Positions 46,587 through 52,416 of a stretch of 52,416 bases of DNA are shown here, piece by piece. Both the position numbers and the translations under genes were made by a program. The stretch's first letter is position 1, and each line of letters begins with the position of its first letter. The notes under the pieces were generated by a model, which saw only the letters and a program-made list of their open reading frames with translations, did not search any database and was not told the origin of the DNA. The stretch is from Eubacteriales bacterium (GTDB lineage: Bacteria > Bacillota > Clostridia > Oscillospirales > CAG-272): NCBI GenBank assembly GCA_045580755.1, contig JAZNOI010000119.1:1-52416 (forward strand), written 5' to 3'.

Positions 46587-49500
46587 ATGAAAAATATTGC
46601 TCGTTGGATCATGGCAATAATTGCTTTGATGATCGTATCCGTTGCCGTAGCGGCGATGGTTCCTTCCGCAGCAACCGCGGATAATATTATCTACATTTCG
46701 GATACGGGAAGCGGAGACGGTTCGTCTGCGAACAATCCTTTGGGACCCGAGACCAGGGTAACGAGGGCTGCTGCTGAGGGCACCGACGCATATAAGTATT
46801 ATTATGCGGTAGATGCTAACGGCGCAACTGATGCCACCAAGAAGTTCCATTTTAACAGTGTGCTTTATCAGGCGGCTGAAAAGCTTGCAAAGACGGGTGG
46901 AAGAATCGTTATAGTCGGTGACGTAAAGATCGGCTATTCGACGTCGTACAGCGGAACGAGCACTATTGACAGAGACTTCTTTATGCCGAACCACGGCAAC
47001 AATACCATTACCATTTCCGCGCAAAAAGGCGCGAAGCTTATAATTACCGAAGGCGCTCATATAAGTCTCGGTGGAAAAACTGTTTTTGAGAATATGACTT
47101 TTGCAACCGGAAAGACGGATCTGTCTGTTCCGAACGGTGTAAAAAACCGTTTGATCTGTTGCTATGGTTATGAAACGGTGTTTGGCCAGGGTATAAACTG
47201 TATAAATCTTGACGGTGATACTTCGGCTGATTATTTTCCGTCCATCGCCGGCGCACGCAGATACGGAAATAACACGTGCAACCCCAAGGTTACGGTCAGA
47301 AGCGGCGTATGGGGACACGTTTACGGCGGAAACAGAGGTAATGCCAACAACGTGCATACCGGCAATATTACACTGAATCTTGAAGGCGGTACCTATCTCG
47401 GATACATAATCGGAAGCCAGAAAGAAAACAGAGCAGTTCACGCAGGAAACCTTAACTTAAATATATCCGGCGGTATCTATAAGGGCCCGATATATGCCGA
47501 ATCCGACAAGGGCGTTTCGCAGGAAGGATACAAGGCAAATATAAAAATAACGAACGGCGAGTTTTCCGAAGCGGCTGTTGTGAAAAAGTACTACGGAGCG
47601 ACGGCTCCCGCTTATATGCCGAACGTTACGCTTGACCTGACGGAATGCAGATCGTCGGCACTCAGCTTGAATTACTTGCTGGAGGGATGCGATGCCGATA
47701 CGGTTCTTTATCCGATGGCTTGGAACACCGGTGTTGAGATCGTCAGCAAAGCAAATGCGGTTACATGCGGACAAAACCGTAAATACGACGGAACCGGTCT
47801 TAAGCTCAAGCTCAGCTTTACGATAGGCTCAAAAAATTATACGAACGAGCTTGACTATTCTTCATCCAACCCCTATTTTGAATTTGATTGCGACAGCTCT
47901 CTCCAGGGAGAAGCAACTGTTACTTGCAAATATGCGGGAGTGGAATACGACTCGTATGACGTAATAGTTACGTACCCCAAAACAATTTATATATCGAATA
48001 CCGGAACGGGTACCGGAAGCAGTGCTGCATCCCCCCTCGGACCGACCGTTGTCATAACAAGAGATGCACCGGTAGGTACTGACGCATACAACTATTACTA
48101 TGCAGTGGATGCTAACGGCGCATCTGACAGCACCAAGAAGTTCCATTTTAACAGCGTGCTTTATCAGGCGGCTGAAAAGCTTGCGGAGACGGGCGGACAG
48201 ATCGTACTCGTCGGAGACGTAACGCTCGACTATTCAACGTCATACAGCGGATCGAGTATCGTTGACAGAGACTTTTTTATGCCGGATCACGGGGATAATC
48301 TCATATATATCACGGCTCAAAACGGCGCAAAGCTCAATATTACGGAAGGTGTACACTTCACTTTCGGCGGAAATACGTACATTGACAATGTTGAAATAGT
48401 AACGAGTATGACAAACCGACTTATGTGCTGCAACGGAAATAAAGTCGTGCTCGGCGAGAATATCGTATGTTCGAATACCGCAAATTCAACCTCGAGAACT
48501 TATTTTATAACGGTTGCCGGCGGTCATAGATACGGCAATGCAACTTACGATACAGACCTTACGATCAAGGGTGGAACCTGGAACGACATTTACGGAAGCA
48601 ACCGCGGCAATGCAGGCTCGGTACACAAAGGCGACGTCAACCTCAGCATCCTCGGCGGTACTTTTAAGGGCGTAATAAACGCCGGTGCGAATACGGGTAA
48701 AGCCGTTCACAGCGGAAACGTGAACCTCTTTATCGGCGGCGGTACCTTTGCAGGTGATATATACGTTTGTTCGAGCATGGGTAACGGCTACAAAAACAGC
48801 GTTGCGAACGTTAAGATAAACGGCGGTACTTTTGCGAGCGGTTCACAGGTGCTTAACCACTATCAGTGGGTTGCCGCAACGACGGGCTATGCTCCTTATC
48901 TGACCCTCGACCTTTCGGAGTGTAAATCGTCAAATGCTCAGATCGAGTATCTTCTTACGGAATGCCCGGCAGATAAGATCATTTACCCCGCAAAATGGTG
49001 TACCAAGGCTACGATAAAAACGGAACCTAAAAACAGCGTTTGCTTCTTGAACGAACCCTTTGATGCGTCGGGACTTGTTCTGGACGTAACGTACAGAAAC
49101 GGAAAAACGGCTACTGTTGCTTATTCGGATAACAGCGGCGGATTTAAATTCTCGATAGACAGTACTTCGTTGGGCACAAAAACGATGTCGTGGAGATACG
49201 GAAACGTAGCGTACAAGACGACGCAGACCGAAGTAATAAACGTTCCGACTCCCGAGCTTTTGGGAGCGCAGATAGGCGTTAATTCGCAGAACATCGGCGG
49301 ATTAAGATTTGTTGCCGAGGTGAAAAAACCTTACGGAAGCGGAGTTAACGTTACCGACTACGGCTTTATCGCGTTGGACGATACTTATCTTACAAAAGAC
49401 GAACTTATTAAGTCGGGAACGCTCTACGGAATAAACATAAAGAATATAAGTGCGAACGGCACCGTGTTCAGACCCGAGAATCAAACGGTTTACAACAATA

Positions 49501-52058
49501 ATATGAAGATGACCTTCTCGGGCGTATATCCCAACCTTGTTTTGAGTGACTACAATAAACAGGTTGCCGCAATTGCTTACGTTAAGTTCACCTACAACGG
49601 AAAGACGTACGTTCGTTATTCCGACGTGGTGAAGAGAAGCATTCTCGGTGTTGCAGACGAAGCTTTGAACTCGAGTTTAGAATCTGAGTCGAACAAAGAC
49701 TGGATCAGAGCAAACGTTGTGGTTGCGTACGAAAACTACAATGCAGGCAGAAACGACCTCGTGGATTCTGCAAAAGCTACCGAACTCAGAAACAAGGTCA
49801 TGCAGGTGTATAACGAGGCAATAACGTATAAGTGGACGCCTTCGTCGGATATAGATCTCGACGGAACGGTATTTAAGGCGGGAACAACTTATTACGGAAT
49901 GCCTTACGTGAACAACAGAAAAGCTACTTTGAGCGAGTTTAAGTCTCATATAACTACCATAGGCGGAAATAACGTTTACGTGGGACCTATTCTCGGATAT
50001 CAGGAACTTTATGAAGGTCTTGCCGCTAATGCTACGAACGAAAAGACGTTTTATGAAGGTTCAGTACAGCCGTACCTCGAACACGTTGACAACGGATATA
50101 CCCATATAGAGAAATTTTTCCCCGGATGCGACTATTCGCTTATAGTGAATGCGTGGAACTCCGTAGGAACGAATGCAACGTGGCCCGTTAGCCTCAGTTC
50201 GTTTATTCCTTCTTCCGGAAAGGGAACAGTTCCCGTAGGAAACTACGATTCAAGTGCATCAAAGACCGATACGAAGACGATCGTTGATGCAAACGGACAG
50301 ACGGTTATGTATGCGGCATATGCGGCTTGCAAACCCGGAGACGTTCTTTTGAATATTAGTTCGAAAGGCAGAAGCTTGTGGGTCGTTTCGGCGGCATCGT
50401 CTGGCGAAAACGTTACCGTATCGCACGGAGGCGTGACACTTGTAACTAAGAATGACGGCTATTCGAACTATACTCAAAACAAGACTTATACGTTTGCAAA
50501 TCTGTACGACTCAGGCTTTATTCCCGTAACCATTCCCGAACTTGCAACCGGACTTCAGACACAGACGTCAGCCGTACTTACGGGCTTTGATGGCGACTTG
50601 GCAATGAAGACCGGTGTTATGAACGGCGTGATCGAATCGAACAGACAGATCATTTCCGTAAACGTTTCGATCAAGAGGGGCAGCAATGCCATTTACGACA
50701 AGACGATTTATTACAACTCGGCTTCAGATATGAACACGAACAGAGTTTATCTCACCGATTTTGATATAGCAAATACGGTCAAATATCTGGTCGAAAAGAA
50801 GTCGTACGTTTTGAGCGTAAAAGTTGAGATCGGCAAAGAGGGCGTAATAACGCTCGTACAGCATACTTATACAGCTCCCGCGATAGATTACTCCAAATAT
50901 TCATATTACAAGACTTTTGCTCTTCCGACAAATCTTGAGCAGGCAGCTATCGACCATATGTGGGATCAGTTCAATATTGAATGGACTCCGCAGCATAACA
51001 TTTTCCTGACCGGAGCGTCAAGCTTTAATCTTGATACGATGTTTCTTGCCGGAAAGACATATAAAGGTGTTATGTATTCGAATACGAGAGCGACTCTTGA
51101 TGAGTTTAACAGCGTGTTGACCACATCGGGCGGTAAAAAGGTCATGCCTGTTGACATAACGGGAAAAGAGACGAAGGTTGTGGGCGGAAAGACTTATTAC
51201 GTGATCAACTGGGATGATATCGTCGGAAACCATTGCAGTGCTGCGATGTATCACGCATATCAGCAGAGCAGCCGTATGTACGACCTTTCCAGACGTAACC
51301 CGAATATGAGAATACTCGGACTGTCGGGCGGTGACTACTTCTATGAAATGGGTGCTTGGGTCGGAGATACGCGTTCGGTTACGAAAGTGTACGGAGAGCA
51401 AGCAATGTATGAGGTATACGCACAGATAGAGAAGGGCGACTTCATTTACAAGAATGCACGCGGCGGCGGTCATACTCGTTTGATCGATATGAACGCATAC
51501 GTTGTTCGTGATGCAAACGGAAAGATCGATCCTGATAAGAGTTATATTACATGCGTTGAACAGACGGATACGCTGGAATCAACGTACAGCGGAAGTGACG
51601 GAACAACAGACTGGACATCGTCTCTCGGATATGATACGACCTGGTTTATGGACCATAAGTACACGTTCAGAAAGCTGTTTAACGGTAACTGTGTAATATA
51701 CAGACCCACAGAATTCATAACGAACGAAACTGAACAGGCGTACGTTGGATTGACATCGACAATCACACCTGCGATGCTCACGTCAGATAACGGAACATCG
51801 GGAACAGGTATTCAGGGTATCGTTGAGTCTAACTATCCTTTAAGAAGAGTTACGGTAAAGCTCTATAACACTTCTACCGGAGCACTTGTTACAACTGCAG
51901 AGAAAAAGGGATTACAGACTAATTATTCGTATAATCTTGCGAACTTCAAGAATACTTTGAATGTATACGGACTCCCTGCAGGTAATTACAAGATTGTTGT
52001 AACGGCTGAAATTGCAAAAGGCGTTGTTGATCTTGCGACGGTTTCATTCACGAAATAA
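46587..52058 (+). CDS. large secreted modular protein: two beta-helix-like + Ig-like modules, a linker domain, two papain/NlpC-P60-like + Ig-like modules
   Basis: Signal peptide; 432-aa tandem duplication; Big_3-like segments (FDASGLVLDVTYRNG); GNHCS...GDFI...GHTRL...VEQ in the last module; GGGAG RBS before 46587. Confidence 0.75.
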   Translation: MKNIARWIMAIIALMIVSVAVAAMVPSAATADNIIYISDTGSGDGSSANNPLGPETRVTRAAAEGTDAYKYYYAVDANGATDATKKFHFNSVLYQAAEKLAKTGGRIVIVGDVKIGYSTSYSGTSTIDRDFFMPNHGNNTITISAQKGAKLIITEGAHISLGGKTVFENMTFATGKTDLSVPNGVKNRLICCYGYETVFGQGINCINLDGDTSADYFPSIAGARRYGNNTCNPKVTVRSGVWGHVYGGNRGNANNVHTGNITLNLEGGTYLGYIIGSQKENRAVHAGNLNLNISGGIYKGPIYAESDKGVSQEGYKANIKITNGEFSEAAVVKKYYGATAPAYMPNVTLDLTECRSSALSLNYLLEGCDADTVLYPMAWNTGVEIVSKANAVTCGQNRKYDGTGLKLKLSFTIGSKNYTNELDYSSSNPYFEFDCDSSLQGEATVTCKYAGVEYDSYDVIVTYPKTIYISNTGTGTGSSAASPLGPTVVITRDAPVGTDAYNYYYAVDANGASDSTKKFHFNSVLYQAAEKLAETGGQIVLVGDVTLDYSTSYSGSSIVDRDFFMPDHGDNLIYITAQNGAKLNITEGVHFTFGGNTYIDNVEIVTSMTNRLMCCNGNKVVLGENIVCSNTANSTSRTYFITVAGGHRYGNATYDTDLTIKGGTWNDIYGSNRGNAGSVHKGDVNLSILGGTFKGVINAGANTGKAVHSGNVNLFIGGGTFAGDIYVCSSMGNGYKNSVANVKINGGTFASGSQVLNHYQWVAATTGYAPYLTLDLSECKSSNAQIEYLLTECPADKIIYPAKWCTKATIKTEPKNSVCFLNEPFDASGLVLDVTYRNGKTATVAYSDNSGGFKFSIDSTSLGTKTMSWRYGNVAYKTTQTEVINVPTPELLGAQIGVNSQNIGGLRFVAEVKKPYGSGVNVTDYGFIALDDTYLTKDELIKSGTLYGINIKNISANGTVFRPENQTVYNNNMKMTFSGVYPNLVLSDYNKQVAAIAYVKFTYNGKTYVRYSDVVKRSILGVADEALNSSLESESNKDWIRANVVVAYENYNAGRNDLVDSAKATELRNKVMQVYNEAITYKWTPSSDIDLDGTVFKAGTTYYGMPYVNNRKATLSEFKSHITTIGGNNVYVGPILGYQELYEGLAANATNEKTFYEGSVQPYLEHVDNGYTHIEKFFPGCDYSLIVNAWNSVGTNATWPVSLSSFIPSSGKGTVPVGNYDSSASKTDTKTIVDANGQTVMYAAYAACKPGDVLLNISSKGRSLWVVSAASSGENVTVSHGGVTLVTKNDGYSNYTQNKTYTFANLYDSGFIPVTIPELATGLQTQTSAVLTGFDGDLAMKTGVMNGVIESNRQIISVNVSIKRGSNAIYDKTIYYNSASDMNTNRVYLTDFDIANTVKYLVEKKSYVLSVKVEIGKEGVITLVQHTYTAPAIDYSKYSYYKTFALPTNLEQAAIDHMWDQFNIEWTPQHNIFLTGASSFNLDTMFLAGKTYKGVMYSNTRATLDEFNSVLTTSGGKKVMPVDITGKETKVVGGKTYYVINWDDIVGNHCSAAMYHAYQQSSRMYDLSRRNPNMRILGLSGGDYFYEMGAWVGDTRSVTKVYGEQAMYEVYAQIEKGDFIYKNARGGGHTRLIDMNAYVVRDANGKIDPDKSYITCVEQTDTLESTYSGSDGTTDWTSSLGYDTTWFMDHKYTFRKLFNGNCVIYRPTEFITNETEQAYVGLTSTITPAMLTSDNGTSGTGIQGIVESNYPLRRVTVKLYNTSTGALVTTAEKKGLQTNYSYNLANFKNTLNVYGLPAGNYKIVVTAEIAKGVVDLATVSFTK
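46686..49240 (+). repeat. intragenic tandem duplication, period 1296 bp
   Basis: IYISDTGSG/IYISNTGTG and KKFHFNSVLYQAAEKLA occur twice; 46835-46888 vs 48131-48184 differ at 1 of 54 nt. Confidence 0.9.
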
Positions 52059-52063
52059 AATAA

Positions 52064-52094
52064 ACAAAAAATCCCTTCGGGGATTTTTTGTTTT
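52064..52094 (+). terminator. intrinsic terminator after the giant gene
   Basis: ACAAAAAATCCC-ttcg-GGGATTTTTTGT. Confidence 0.85.
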
Positions 52095-52146
52095 GTATGT
52101 GGGCATAAAAAGGGTCTTTGTTCTTGGAAGGAGCTTTGTTTTTTAA

Positions 52147-52174
52147 GCGGGACGTCGAAGGCGCCGTCCCCTAC
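52147..52174 (-). repeat. GTAG-family REP-like palindrome
   Basis: Minus strand GTAG-GGGACG-gcgccttcga-CGTCCC-gc. Confidence 0.65.
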
Positions 52175-52204
52175 GGATGAAGATTATTAAATTTTAAAAG
52201 TTTT

Positions 52205-52416
52205 GGCTGGAGTCAAGAGGGCGCTTTTACAAAAGCGCGCCTCTTGTGGGGTTCGGGGCGAAGCCCTGACTGTTTGTACTCATTAAAAAACGCGGCGGCG
52301 TTTTTGTTTTTTCTTATTTATTTCTTTTTTATTACTTTCTTGCCTTGCCAAGAAAGTAAAACAAAGAAGGCGCCAAGGGGCAGGAGGTTTCGATTCCTCC
52401 TCCCCTTGACCCCCAC
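52205..52416. repeat. cluster of GC-rich hairpins, probable MITE/REP-like elements, truncated by the window edge
   Basis: Hairpins at 52214-52246, 52253-52269, 52332-52359 and 52374-52408. Confidence 0.5.

Overview
A 52.4-kb, mostly housekeeping chromosomal segment from a low-GC Firmicute (Clostridia-like gene content, sigma-A promoters, T-box). The left 33 kb is almost all minus strand: a D-amino-acid aminotransferase, comM/yifB, rpsU, leuS; a long cluster read as trmH-dprA-topA-trmFO-plsX-rnc-radical SAM-smc-ftsY-rdgB-yhbY-nadD-yqeK-LCP-LCP-rsfS; infC-rpmI-rplT with an L20 leader; and a partial pur operon (purE-purF-purN-purH). The right part holds a T-box-controlled cysE-cysS, rpsO-pnp, acp, a NERD-like gene, a Lit-like gene, deoC, a cyclophilin and a ~1,820-aa secreted modular protein. 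I saw no tRNA/rRNA gene, CRISPR array, prophage or transposase. The best candidate for an undescribed system is the purE leader. It has a consensus promoter, a 41-codon uORF with a strong RBS, an internal hairpin, an A8 tract, and a stop codon overlapping an intrinsic terminator. This resembles an ATP-sensing counterpart of pyrBI-type attenuation (inference). Other leads are a three-copy palindromic repeat in convergent intergenic spacers, the giant protein with a degenerate plus an intact papain-like domain, a PNPase with a MinD-like C-terminal tail, and a cluster of REP/MITE-like palindromes at the right edge. All product calls come from motif recognition by eye, not database searches.
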